Of a DNA stretch of 64,000 nt, positions 1-8,727 are shown piece after piece. A model generated the notes under the pieces. The model did no database searches, was not told the origin of the DNA, and worked only from the letters and a program-made list of their open reading frames with translations. The stretch is taken from contig CAVVNJ010000010.1 of assembly GCA_963749595.1 (NCBI GenBank), forward strand, positions 65,223-129,222, in the 5' to 3' direction. A program made the translations under genes and the position numbers. Source of the DNA: Candidatus Woesebacteria bacterium (GTDB taxonomy: Bacteria; Patescibacteriota; Microgenomatia; UBA1400; UBA1396). Numbering within the stretch: the stretch's first letter is position 1; each line of letters opens with the position of its first letter.

Positions 1-58
1 AAATACCTTGGTTCAACAACATGTTTCTGCTATTAGGGTCAGCCTGTCAACCAGCTAG

Positions 59-143
59 TTTTCCACAAAATGTTAACAAGTTGCCGGTTTTAGTGGATAA
101 CTACCCCAGCCATGGTGGAATAATTGGGATCAACTTTTCCACT
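59..143. promoter_or_regulatory. Cluster of DnaA-box-like 9-mers just upstream of dnaN (possible oriC segment)
   Basis: ttttccaca 59-67, agtggataa 92-100 (rc ttatccact) and ttttccact 135-143. Each has 1-2 mismatches to TTATCCACA. The region reads as non-coding. Confidence 0.35.
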
Positions 144-336
144 TTCACACTATTCCCACCACCCCGCCACCCCGTTTAATCACATTTTGCGGTTTGTCCC
201 CAACCCAATTCACATTTTTTTACACCACCTCGTCGGTTCGGCGCTCACACGAAGCTTTTCCGGACTAGTCGATGGGACAAGCCTCGGTTTTCAACTTATC
301 CTCACGCCTACTACTACTGCTTCTATTAATAACTCT

Positions 337-1467
337 ATGAAGTACACTACGGCCATGAAGTGTCAAATTGACCAAGATTTACTTTTAGATCATCTTCTGG
401 AAGCCCAAAGATTCGTGGCTAGTAAGGGATTCGCTTCAGCCTTACTAGGAGGAATTCAAATTGAGGTTACCACTGATAGTAACTTAGTTATCCGATCAAG
501 TACGGGATCGGTTCTTTATCAAGTCGAGCTATCCTGTCAAAACGCGGATTCGGGATCGGTCGTGATTCCGGCTGGCTTATTGGTATCCAGTGTCAAAACT
601 CTTGGTAGTGGTTTAGTAAATCTGGAAACCGATGGTGATCAGCTGGTGGTTTCTCAGGGTTCGTCGCGTTTTCAAATCGCCGCTTTAACCGGGGAAGACT
701 TCCCTCGCCTAGCTGATGAGGATAAAGCGGAAAAGTTTCTCTTGCCGGTAGAAAATTTCGTCAAGGCCGGTCGGCGGGCCCTGATTGCCGCCAGCGCTGA
801 TGAAACGAAGCCGGTTCTAACCTCGGTCCTGCTGGAGATGCGTCAACCCAACGCTTTAGTGGCGACTGACGGCTTTAGACTATTCCGCGCCGTGACTGAT
901 GTTTCTCTTGATCAGGAGGGGTCTTTATTGCTGCCGGCTAAAGTATTGCGGGACCTACTAGGTATTCTTGAGAAAAGATCGACTAATGTCTTGGAATGTT
1001 ATGCCGACGCGCAGCGATCGAGCGTTTTGTTTAATCTAGGTAATGGTTGGCTAAAAACGGCGACAATCGCCGGTGATTATCCGGCTTACCGCGCGATTAT
1101 TCCGGAAGCTTGCGCCTACTCAATGACAGTCGAGCGAGAGCTGTTGTTGCAAGCCGTCAAACAGGCCATGATTTTCGCCAAAGAGTTTTCCGGCATCGTT
1201 GTTTTGGAGGTAGTTGAGGGTGAGTTGGTGGTTTCTTCGCAAAATAGCACTTCCGGTAAGACTCGATCGCGCCTGGCAGTGATTGGAATTGAGGGCGAGC
1301 CAGTGAAGTTTGCGGTTAATGGGCGCTATTTGCTGGATTTTCTCAGTGTGGTTGAAGGACTGGAAATTAAAATTCAGGGAAATGAATCACTCCGTCCGGT
1401 TCTCTTCACATTGCCGGAGGACGAATCCCTCCTCTATCTGGTGATGCCATTCAAGCTGCAAGAATAA
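337..1467 (+). CDS. dnaN: DNA polymerase III beta subunit (sliding clamp)
   Basis: Taken from ORF 124-1467, whose first 71 codons look non-coding. MKYTTAMKCQIDQDLLLDHL resembles a clamp N-terminus (alternative start 355). The C-terminal YLVMPFKL is clamp-like and the length is about 370 aa. Confidence 0.9.
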   Translation: MKYTTAMKCQIDQDLLLDHLLEAQRFVASKGFASALLGGIQIEVTTDSNLVIRSSTGSVLYQVELSCQNADSGSVVIPAGLLVSSVKTLGSGLVNLETDGDQLVVSQGSSRFQIAALTGEDFPRLADEDKAEKFLLPVENFVKAGRRALIAASADETKPVLTSVLLEMRQPNALVATDGFRLFRAVTDVSLDQEGSLLLPAKVLRDLLGILEKRSTNVLECYADAQRSSVLFNLGNGWLKTATIAGDYPAYRAIIPEACAYSMTVERELLLQAVKQAMIFAKEFSGIVVLEVVEGELVVSSQNSTSGKTRSRLAVIGIEGEPVKFAVNGRYLLDFLSVVEGLEIKIQGNESLRPVLFTLPEDESLLYLVMPFKLQE

Positions 1468-1475
1468 TTATCTTG

Positions 1476-1484
1476 TGATACAAT
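1476..1484 (+). promoter_or_regulatory. Extended -10 box (TGaTACAAT) 9 nt upstream of the rpmH ATG
   Basis: tgatacaat at 1476-1484, ATG at 1494. The same motif and spacing recur at many genes in this window. Confidence 0.4.
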
Positions 1485-1493
1485 TCCACCTCT

Positions 1494-1628
1494 ATGAAGC
1501 GAACTTGGCAACCTAAAAAAGCGAAACGCGCCCGCAAACACGGGTTTTTGCACCGCATGGCTACACGCGCCGGTCAGTTGGTTCTGCAGCGCCGCCGGGC
1601 TCGCGGTCGTCATCGCTTGACCGTTTAA
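1494..1628 (+). CDS. rpmH: 50S ribosomal protein L34
   Basis: Not in the ORF track because it is under 60 aa. It translates to [44 protein letters not shown] and sits in the classical position before rnpA. Confidence 0.95.
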   Translation: MKRTWQPKKAKRARKHGFLHRMATRAGQLVLQRRRARGRHRLTV

Positions 1629-1646
1629 GCACGCTACAATAACCCC

Positions 1647-1985
1647 ATGCTCCCCTCTTCCTTGCGTCTCGATCTTCGGGCCTGGCCGGAATTCTTCACC
1701 AATCCAAAGATTAAGAAAACGCCGCATCTGACGTTTTTGTGGCAGGGTAATCCCGTTCAACAATTGCAGGTCGCGGTAGTAGTGAAAAAGACTTTCGGTG
1801 GGGCGGTGGAACGGGTTAAAATCCGCCGCGTTATCCGCTCAGCGATCATTCGCTTATGGAAGACTAATCCCGATCTTTTTCACCCATCAGTGGGGGTGGT
1901 AATTATTCCCCGTCGACCAGTGACTTCACAAGCGGAGTGCGAACGGGAAATTGCATCGGTTTTTACTCAGTGGTTGAGCGCGTGA
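1647..1985 (+). CDS. rnpA: Ribonuclease P protein component
   Basis: 112 aa and basic, with a GGAVERVKIRRVIR motif. It lies between rpmH and yidC. Confidence 0.85.
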   Translation: MLPSSLRLDLRAWPEFFTNPKIKKTPHLTFLWQGNPVQQLQVAVVVKKTFGGAVERVKIRRVIRSAIIRLWKTNPDLFHPSVGVVIIPRRPVTSQAECEREIASVFTQWLSA

Positions 1986-2048
1986 TACAATTCCCCCTGT
2001 GCCAGGGCTCCCCTTCCCGCTCCCAATCCCGCCGGCGCTAGAGGAAAT

Positions 2049-2930
2049 ATGTTGGATTTTATTGTTAAACCCTTAACCGATCTGATTATTTGGTTGTATT
2101 CCCTGACCGGTAGTTTTGGCTTCTCGATTTTGCTTTTGACGGTGATCGTGCGGATTGCCATGATTCCCCTTTCACTTTCCAGTATTCGCATGCAGAAAAA
2201 AATGCGGATAATTCAACCTAAAATTAAAGAGTTAGAGCTAAAGCACGCCGACAGCAAAGATAAAACCCAACTTCGCCTGGCCCAGATGGAGCTTTACCGG
2301 GAGCATAAAATTAATCCATTGGGAGGTTTACTGCCGTCCCTGATTCAATTTGTCCCCATGATCGCGGTCTATCAGGTTCTTCGCCACTTTTTGGCCAATC
2401 AGGATCTAATAACACAAGGAGGGACCTTCTTTTTAGGTTTTGACCTAACTCAACGTGACCCCACTTATATCCTGCCGATTCTAGCGGCGGCTTTTTCTCT
2501 GATTCAAGCCTTAATGATCTTACCGGGCCTGGAGCAGCACGATTTAGTCCCGGAAAACTCGCCGTCGAAAAAAGTTCAAAACGCCAACCAACAGGAAACC
2601 AAAAAACAGGACAGTGCCGCCGCGATGCAAAAACAGATGGTTTTCACAATGCCGATCATGACTGGTCTGTTCGCGATCGGTTTTCCCGCCGGATTGGGGC
2701 TGTACTGGATTGCGACCACTATCTTCGGGATTGGTCAGCAGTATTTTGTTACCGGACTGGGTGGGTTGGAACCATATCTGGCCAAGGTTGGCTTGGTAAA
2801 AAAACACCCCGCACTAGCGTTGGTTTCAACCAATCAGCTGGCGGCAGCGCTTGAGTCGGTTAAAGTCACCAAAATCGATCGAAAAATGAATAAGGCAAAA
2901 CCACGCAAGGCTAAGAAAGGAAAAAAATGA
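2049..2930 (+). CDS. yidC: Membrane protein insertase YidC (short Oxa1-type)
   Basis: GFSILLLTVIVRIAMIPLSL...MQKKMRIIQPKIKEL, several TM segments and a basic C-tail. An agagga RBS lies upstream. Confidence 0.9.
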   Translation: MLDFIVKPLTDLIIWLYSLTGSFGFSILLLTVIVRIAMIPLSLSSIRMQKKMRIIQPKIKELELKHADSKDKTQLRLAQMELYREHKINPLGGLLPSLIQFVPMIAVYQVLRHFLANQDLITQGGTFFLGFDLTQRDPTYILPILAAAFSLIQALMILPGLEQHDLVPENSPSKKVQNANQQETKKQDSAAAMQKQMVFTMPIMTGLFAIGFPAGLGLYWIATTIFGIGQQYFVTGLGGLEPYLAKVGLVKKHPALALVSTNQLAAALESVKVTKIDRKMNKAKPRKAKKGKK

Positions 2931-3400
2931 CCATTCCGGAATACCTGGATCAATTGCTGAATTACCTCGGAGTAGAGGGTGCGGAGGCCAAGGTTGAAGA
3001 GACTGAGGAGTATGTTTTTGTCAACTTGGCGGTTCCGGAAGAAGACGCCGGGAAAATGATCGGCGCTCACGGTGAAAATATTCAGGCCCTGCGACAAATC
3101 ATCTTTCTCAGCTTCACCGAGTATCTGGGTGAGAAAAAGGTTGTGGTTAACGTCAATGATTACAAGGACAAAAAAGAGGAAGCGGCTAGGGAAATTGGCT
3201 ATGAGGCCGCCGAGAGAGCGGTTGACATTCAAGAGCCGCAGCACTTGCCGAGGTATCTATTGGCCCATCAGCGTCGCGCGGTTCATCAGGTGTTGAATGA
3301 ATACAACGGCGTCTTTACCCGCTCCGAGGGCGAGGGGGAGGATCGTCATTTAGTGGTGTATCCTGAAAGTTATCGCGAGCAGTTTGATACCGACGAGTAA
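2927..3400 (+). CDS. jag: Jag-like KH/R3H RNA-binding protein
   Basis: KH-like GKMIGAHGENIQALRQI. The ATGA overlap with the yidC stop is the conserved yidC-jag arrangement. Confidence 0.75.
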   Translation: MTIPEYLDQLLNYLGVEGAEAKVEETEEYVFVNLAVPEEDAGKMIGAHGENIQALRQIIFLSFTEYLGEKKVVVNVNDYKDKKEEAAREIGYEAAERAVDIQEPQHLPRYLLAHQRRAVHQVLNEYNGVFTRSEGEGEDRHLVVYPESYREQFDTDE

Positions 3401-3401
3401 T

Positions 3402-3812
3402 ATGCATCTTTACGTTCATACTGATGGAGGAAGTCGGGGAAACCCGGGCCACGCCGCTTACGGCTTTGTTTTTCTCAATGAAACTGGAGAAGTGATTTAC
3501 GAAAATGGGGCCTATCTTGGCATTGCGACCAATAACGAAGCTGAGTATCACGGACTAATTGCGGCTGTGGAGGCATTGCAAGAGTTTAAGAATGTCCAAG
3601 GGGTTACTTTTCGGTTGGATTCTAATCTGGTGGTGCAACAAGTGCTCGGTAACTGGAAGATCAGGGAGCCTAGGTTACGCGACTTAGTGAATAAAGTTCG
3701 CGACCTGCTACGTCAAGTCGATTTACCCTACGTCATTGAATATGTTCCCCGAGCCCAAAACTGGCAGGCTGATGCCATGGTTAACCAAAAGCTCGATGCC
3801 GAGTTGGGATAG
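3402..3812 (+). CDS. rnhA: Ribonuclease HI family protein
   Basis: MHLYVHTDGGSRGNPGHAAYGFV...NNEAEYHGLIAAVEAL...LDSNLVVQQV. The ATG at 3402 follows the jag stop directly. Confidence 0.8.
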   Translation: MHLYVHTDGGSRGNPGHAAYGFVFLNETGEVIYENGAYLGIATNNEAEYHGLIAAVEALQEFKNVQGVTFRLDSNLVVQQVLGNWKIREPRLRDLVNKVRDLLRQVDLPYVIEYVPRAQNWQADAMVNQKLDAELG

Positions 3813-3862
3813 TATACCGAGAGCTAATCGTTTGGGTCGCCTGATAGAACGTGAAGTCTCAC

Positions 3863-3918
3863 CTCTGGAAGGTCAGACCTTCCTGGCGTAGAAACGCCGA
3901 AGGTCTGACCTTCCAGAG
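3863..3918. repeat. REP-like palindromic element (double copy forming a long hairpin); likely terminator after rnhA
   Basis: ctctggaaggtcagaccttc at 3863-3882 is the exact reverse complement of 3899-3918. An inner ggcgt/acgcc hairpin is present. The core recurs at 17855, 24932, 49205, 56527 and 59813. Confidence 0.8.
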
Positions 3919-3980
3919 AACTCCACCAAGACCCTCAATAGGCCCTGGCGGGTTGGCGGCCGGATCTTTACACTTAGGGG

Positions 3981-5555
3981 GTGCATCAGAAGTTTGTAGT
4001 CCAAGTGGAACCTGAAGAGGAGTGGATAGCTGTCCCAATCGAGGTCAGCGAACCATCTCCTGTGGTGGTTAAGCCTGAGCCCTTGGTCCAACCACGCCCA
4101 AGACAACATATCAGGGTTGATATCGAACAGGTGGAGCGAGAACAGCGCCAAAGGGTGCAAGAGCTTTTGCGCGAGGATGTACTAAAAAAGACTCACGAGT
4201 CAGTGGTGATTAATAAACCACGTGGGGTCGGAGTCCCACCTCAGTCTATTGCCACGGCACAGGAAGACGCTTTTCGCCGTATCCAGCTGCCAAATCTCGA
4301 GAGGATTGAGCGTCTTTATCAACCTCAATCAACCAAATCAAAGCGGAGTAAGCCGACTACTTTCTGGCAGGGAATCAGAAATAAGGCAACAAGAATAATA
4401 GGCAGGGCAGGGAGGGGTAAGAACTTTCTTTGGAGCTTAGGCTTAGGAGTGGTTGTACTTCTAGTCATCAGCGTCGGGTTTTTTTGGCTGGTCAAAACCG
4501 ATGTCCAGGCAGCAGAAAAAGAGGCGCGCTCGCTGGTAGAAGACATTCAGCAGAGTCGGATTTCTTCAGCCAGGGAACGGGTGGCCGATTTACAACGCAA
4601 ACGCTCGCGCTATGTTTGGCTATTTAATCGGGTACAGCCGATCTTTGTTCTTGCTCAGGGGCGTTCCAAGGCGCTCCACATTGCACAACTGTTGGAAGTT
4701 TCCGATTCTGGATTACACCTCGCTGAGGTGGGGTTGGATAGCTACGCGGTACTAGATCAAGGCTATCGGCAATTTTTAAGCCAGGAAGATGGTAAGAGCA
4801 CCGAGACCTTTACTAAAGTGTCTGGAAAACTTGAGGTCTTATTCACCGAACTATCTTCATTGCAGGCCAAGCTTCAGCGCTTGAATAATCCCTATCATCT
4901 GGCGGCGATCGACGAGTTTAAAAATGAATTGAATGACCGGATGCCTCACCTGCGCAAGTATTTCCTTTCCGCCAAGCAGCTAACCTATGTTTTGCCGGAG
5001 ATTCTGGGGGAGAACGGCCACAAGAAGCAGTATCTAATTTTGTTACAAAATAATGCCGAGTTGCGACCCACTGGAGGATTCATTGGCTCGTTTGCGCTTT
5101 TGACGGTGGAGAATGGCAAGTTTCTGGACTTCAGGGTGGAAGACGTTTACGAAGCCGACGGCCAGTTGAATGGTTTTGTGGCGCCACCGGAGGAAATTAC
5201 CCAATATCTCGGGGAGGCGCAGTGGTTTTTGCGCGATGTAAACTGGAGCCCGGATTTCCCCACCGTGGCGCAACAAGCTGGTTGGTTTTTGGATAAGGAG
5301 CTCAAAATCAAGCCGGACGGGGTGATTGGAATTAATTTATCGGTAGTGAAAAAAATGCTGGAAGTTTCCGGACCAATCCGCCTTGTCGATTACGATGAGG
5401 TGATTACCAAAGACAATCTTTATGAGCGGGCCCAGCAGCACGCGGAGCTCAATTTTTTCCCGGATCAACCCAAAAACGCGATTTTCTCAGCGCGGTGGCC
5501 AGCGCCTTGTTTGAGAAGCTTTTCCGCGAGGACACCAATACCTTGTTGGTCATGA
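3981..5555 (+). CDS. Membrane-anchored DUF4012-like protein, N-terminal part (frame broken near 5453-5461)
   Basis: TM segment FLWSLGLGVVVLLVISVGFFWLV, then LILLQNNAELRPTGGFIGSFALL. The tail after ..AELNFF reads as out-of-frame sequence. Confidence 0.7.
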   Translation: MHQKFVVQVEPEEEWIAVPIEVSEPSPVVVKPEPLVQPRPRQHIRVDIEQVEREQRQRVQELLREDVLKKTHESVVINKPRGVGVPPQSIATAQEDAFRRIQLPNLERIERLYQPQSTKSKRSKPTTFWQGIRNKATRIIGRAGRGKNFLWSLGLGVVVLLVISVGFFWLVKTDVQAAEKEARSLVEDIQQSRISSARERVADLQRKRSRYVWLFNRVQPIFVLAQGRSKALHIAQLLEVSDSGLHLAEVGLDSYAVLDQGYRQFLSQEDGKSTETFTKVSGKLEVLFTELSSLQAKLQRLNNPYHLAAIDEFKNELNDRMPHLRKYFLSAKQLTYVLPEILGENGHKKQYLILLQNNAELRPTGGFIGSFALLTVENGKFLDFRVEDVYEADGQLNGFVAPPEEITQYLGEAQWFLRDVNWSPDFPTVAQQAGWFLDKELKIKPDGVIGINLSVVKKMLEVSGPIRLVDYDEVITKDNLYERAQQHAELNFFPDQPKNAIFSARWPAPCLRSFSARTPIPCWS

Positions 5556-6256
5556 AATCATTGTTGCAGTCGGCTGATGAGGCTGAGCTACTGGTTTATC
5601 TGGATAATCAGCAAGCCAATGAGGCTTTGACCAACCTGGGTTGGGATGGCTCCCTGCGCACCCCAGATTGTCCCAATCCATTTCCGGCTCAGTCCTGTTT
5701 TGTGGACACCATCATGCAGGTTGAAGCCAATGTTGGTGTGAACAAAGCTAATCAATTTATTAAGCGTCAAATTAAACAGACGGCAACGTTAAGGGGACAG
5801 CAGGTGCTGCACGAACGAACCATCGTGTTGCAGAACACCGCTGACTCCAATGCTTGGCCTGAGGGCGCGTACAAAGACTATTTTCGGCTGTTTGTAACCC
5901 AGGGTTCGCAACTATCCGCTCTGACCATAAATTCGGCGCCAGTCGACTTACGCGGGGTCAAAGTGAGCGCTGAAAAAAACAAAACCGTTTTTGGATTTTT
6001 GGTTAACGTTCCCATTAAAAGCACCGCGACGATTCAGATTTCCTATAACACGCCGGTGCCCGACGCCTCACCCCTGGTTTACGCCTTGTTTGAGCAAAAG
6101 CAGGCTGGTGCCGGTTTTGACCCCATTGAAACCAAGATTGTGATTGAAGATCGAAAAGTTTTAACCGTGGCGCCGGAGCCGAAAATCGATGGCCGGACCC
6201 TGGAGTTTGACGGCGATCGGCGCACTCACCAATATTACGCCGTTGAAGTTCGTTAG
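5495..6256 (+). CDS. DUF4012-like protein, C-terminal part (continues 3981-5555 in the -1 frame)
   Basis: This frame is open from 5426 and reads ..FFPGSTQKRDFLSAVASALFEKLF across the T6C3 run. Confidence 0.7.
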   Translation: MASALFEKLFREDTNTLLVMKSLLQSADEAELLVYLDNQQANEALTNLGWDGSLRTPDCPNPFPAQSCFVDTIMQVEANVGVNKANQFIKRQIKQTATLRGQQVLHERTIVLQNTADSNAWPEGAYKDYFRLFVTQGSQLSALTINSAPVDLRGVKVSAEKNKTVFGFLVNVPIKSTATIQISYNTPVPDASPLVYALFEQKQAGAGFDPIETKIVIEDRKVLTVAPEPKIDGRTLEFDGDRRTHQYYAVEVR

Positions 6257-7920
6257 GAATTGGGCCAGGGTTCAGTAATTAACATCGACTTAGTGGGCTG
6301 AAGATTTTGCCAAACCGCCTCGGTAACAAACGGCATGAAGGGGTGGAGTAGCCGCAAACAGGTTAGGTAGACATTTTTTACCACGGCTAAATAGACTTCC
6401 CGATCGGTCCGATTCTTGTTTTCCTCAAGATAACGATTGGCAAATTCATTCCAAATAAAGTCGTATAGACCCAAGGCGGCGTCACTGAAATGATAGTGTT
6501 CCAGATGTTGAGTGGTTGTTTTTACTAGAGTCGATAACTGATTTAATATTTCTTGATCAACCAAGTTGGTGGAGGATGCATTCTCTGGAAAAGTTTCCCC
6601 CAATTCTTGCTCCTGAAGTTGAATAAACCGCCCAATATTCCAGATTTTGTTGCCAAAGTTACGGTAGCCCTTGACCTTGGGCTCACTCAAAGCGATGGGA
6701 TTTCCCGGTGCTGAGCCGGCAACTAGGGCGATTCGCAAAGCGTCGGCACCATACTTGGCGATAATTTCCAAGGGATTAACCACATTGCCTTTAGATTTGC
6801 TCATTTTGGCGCCCTTGGCGTCGGTGACCATGGAGTGGAGATAGACGGTTTTGAACGGCGCGACACCTTCAGGGTGGGCGCTGTCGTTAGTCAGATATTT
6901 CCCCAACATAATCATCCGGGCAATCCAGAAGAAAAGAATATCCCACATCGAGTCCAGAACAGCCGTGGGGTAGAAACGCTTGAAGTCTGGTCCGTCTGGA
7001 TAACCCAATACTGCTAGTGGCCATTGACCGGAACTAAACCAGGTGTCAAAAGTATCGGTGGATTGAACATATTCTTCACCCGGGGGGGTAATGGAAACCA
7101 CATAGTTGGCAGAAGAGGTGATTACGCTTTGCAACCCGGCGCGGATTTCATCAAGAGTAACTCCGGCGAGTAGTGCTTGGTCAATGCTCTCCGAGCGCCG
7201 CTCTCCCTCGTGGTTGATATAGGTGACCTGAATCGATCCCCCGGTTCCAGTTGAAGTGTTATACCAGACCGGCATCCGGATTCCCCAGACGATCTGACGG
7301 GAAATTGGCCAGTCGCGAATGTTGCTTAACCATTGTTCATATTGTTTGGTAAAGCGTTGGGGAATGACTTTTACTTCGCTGGTGCGCACTGCTTGCAGGC
7401 CCAACTCGGCCAATCCCTCCATCCGGACAAACCAGTTGGGGTAGGGCAAGGGCTCAATGGGGTGATTACCCTTATAGCAGACCGCAACTTGATTGGTGTA
7501 ATTTTGGTCAATTTTTTCGACCAAGTTTTCGGCTTGAAGTAGGCCGACAACCGCTTGACGCGCATTAGTGGTTCCTAATCCTTGGAATTGTTCGCGCAAC
7601 ATTTCAGCTCTGGTTTTGTCCGGCTCGTTGGGCGGTTGCAACCAGTCTAGGTCGATTTTGCCAAAAGTATTAATAGTCGAGTATATCGGCAAATTATGCT
7701 GTTTTCCGATTTTAAAATCATTAATATCATGTGCTGGGGTGACTTTAAGCAAGCCGGTGCCAAATTCCGGATCAACGTAGTCGTCGGCAATAATTGGGAT
7801 CGGTTGGCGGGTTAGCGGATTGAGGACGTAATCTCCCTGGAGCGAAGTTGTGCGTGGATCATTGGGGTTAATCGCCACCGCCACATCGGCAAAAATCGTT
7901 TCCGGCCGAACGGTAGCCAC
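6253..7920 (-). CDS. valS: Valyl-tRNA synthetase, C-terminal fragment (frame open up to about 8025)
   Basis: VATVRPETIFADVAVAINP, EFGTGLLKVTPAHD and KMSKSKGNVV. The upstream in-frame sequence HEERQSPLYYLRYHFADGE continues the N-terminal fragment. Confidence 0.9.
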   Translation of the reverse strand: MATVRPETIFADVAVAINPNDPRTTSLQGDYVLNPLTRQPIPIIADDYVDPEFGTGLLKVTPAHDINDFKIGKQHNLPIYSTINTFGKIDLDWLQPPNEPDKTRAEMLREQFQGLGTTNARQAVVGLLQAENLVEKIDQNYTNQVAVCYKGNHPIEPLPYPNWFVRMEGLAELGLQAVRTSEVKVIPQRFTKQYEQWLSNIRDWPISRQIVWGIRMPVWYNTSTGTGGSIQVTYINHEGERRSESIDQALLAGVTLDEIRAGLQSVITSSANYVVSITPPGEEYVQSTDTFDTWFSSGQWPLAVLGYPDGPDFKRFYPTAVLDSMWDILFFWIARMIMLGKYLTNDSAHPEGVAPFKTVYLHSMVTDAKGAKMSKSKGNVVNPLEIIAKYGADALRIALVAGSAPGNPIALSEPKVKGYRNFGNKIWNIGRFIQLQEQELGETFPENASSTNLVDQEILNQLSTLVKTTTQHLEHYHFSDAALGLYDFIWNEFANRYLEENKNRTDREVYLAVVKNVYLTCLRLLHPFMPFVTEAVWQNLQPTKSMLITEPWPNS

Positions 7921-8011
7921 GACCAGGTAGGGAACTTCTTGGCCGTTGATAATTCGCGGTTCGCCGTCGGCAAAGTGATAGCGGAGATAATAAAGCGGCG
8001 ACTGACGCTCC

Positions 8012-8590
8012 TCATGGAAGCACTTCTAGATCGGCAAAAGTGGTGCCACACTTAGGGCAGTAGTTAACGATGTAATTATCCCGATAAATCAAGCCATCTT
8101 TTTCTAGTTTCTGAAAGGTGTCAAAAACCAGGTGCAGCACTTTTTCGTCCAGGGTGAAGGTTCGGCGGTCCCAGTCGGCAGAAAAACCCAGGGCTTTCAT
8201 TTGGTCGACAATTAGGCCGGAATTTTGTTTGACGAAGGAAAAAATATCGCGATAGAGGGTTTCGCGATCAAATTGAAAGCGGGATTGACCCTTTTTCTTC
8301 AGCTCTTTTTCGTAAACAAATTGGGTTTCAAAACCGGCGTGATCGGTACCAGGAAACCAGACGGTGGGGTGACCCTGCATGCGTTTCCAGCGGATTAAGA
8401 TGTCTTGAATGACGTACATGGCATGGCCGGCGTGGAGTGAGGCGTTGGCGTTGGGTGGGGGCATGAGAATGGAGAAAGGCTCTAAATCAGATTCGTTAGG
8501 CTTAAAGGCGCCGGATTCTTCCCAGCGGCGATAAATCTGCGCCTCGTACTCCTGATGTTGGTAGGTGGTGGGAAAAACGGCCATGAGCAT
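8012..8590 (-). CDS. valS: Valyl-tRNA synthetase, N-terminal fragment
   Basis: PPPNANASLHAGHA (HIGH-type motif), WFPGTDHAGF and CPKCGTTFADLEV. It ends at a premature tga at 8012-8014. Confidence 0.9.
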   Translation of the reverse strand: MLMAVFPTTYQHQEYEAQIYRRWEESGAFKPNESDLEPFSILMPPPNANASLHAGHAMYVIQDILIRWKRMQGHPTVWFPGTDHAGFETQFVYEKELKKKGQSRFQFDRETLYRDIFSFVKQNSGLIVDQMKALGFSADWDRRTFTLDEKVLHLVFDTFQKLEKDGLIYRDNYIVNYCPKCGTTFADLEVLP

Positions 8591-8727
8591 TGATTATATC
8601 AAGGAATCATTCCTGGGTGGGATTACCGCAAGATTCCGGCAGTATTCCGGCGCAACCTATCAAACTAGATCAGTCCGGATTTTCTTCGTCTTGTCTGGAG
8701 AGCTGGCGCGCGCTAGGGTAGGTTGTC

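Noticed and set aside
124-336. The long N-terminal extension of the dnaN ORF (TTG start at 124).
   Set aside because: The 71 extra residues are His/Pro-rich nonsense overlapping the DnaA-box-like sites. A clamp-like N-terminus starts at 337 or 355.
5453-5459. Programmed -1 frameshift as the primary explanation for the split DUF4012-like gene.
   Set aside because: The heptamer fits, but no convincing downstream stimulatory structure was seen, and the window contains many other non-slippery indels. It is kept only as a low-probability alternative.
6835-8051. Antisense or overlapping ORFs within valS, the PBP gene, gap, pgk, lgt and others (for example 6835-7017, 7333-7542, 13615-13968, 24017-24505, 22588-23079).
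   Set aside because: They are shadow ORFs of well-supported genes on the opposite strand or in another frame, with no independent signals.
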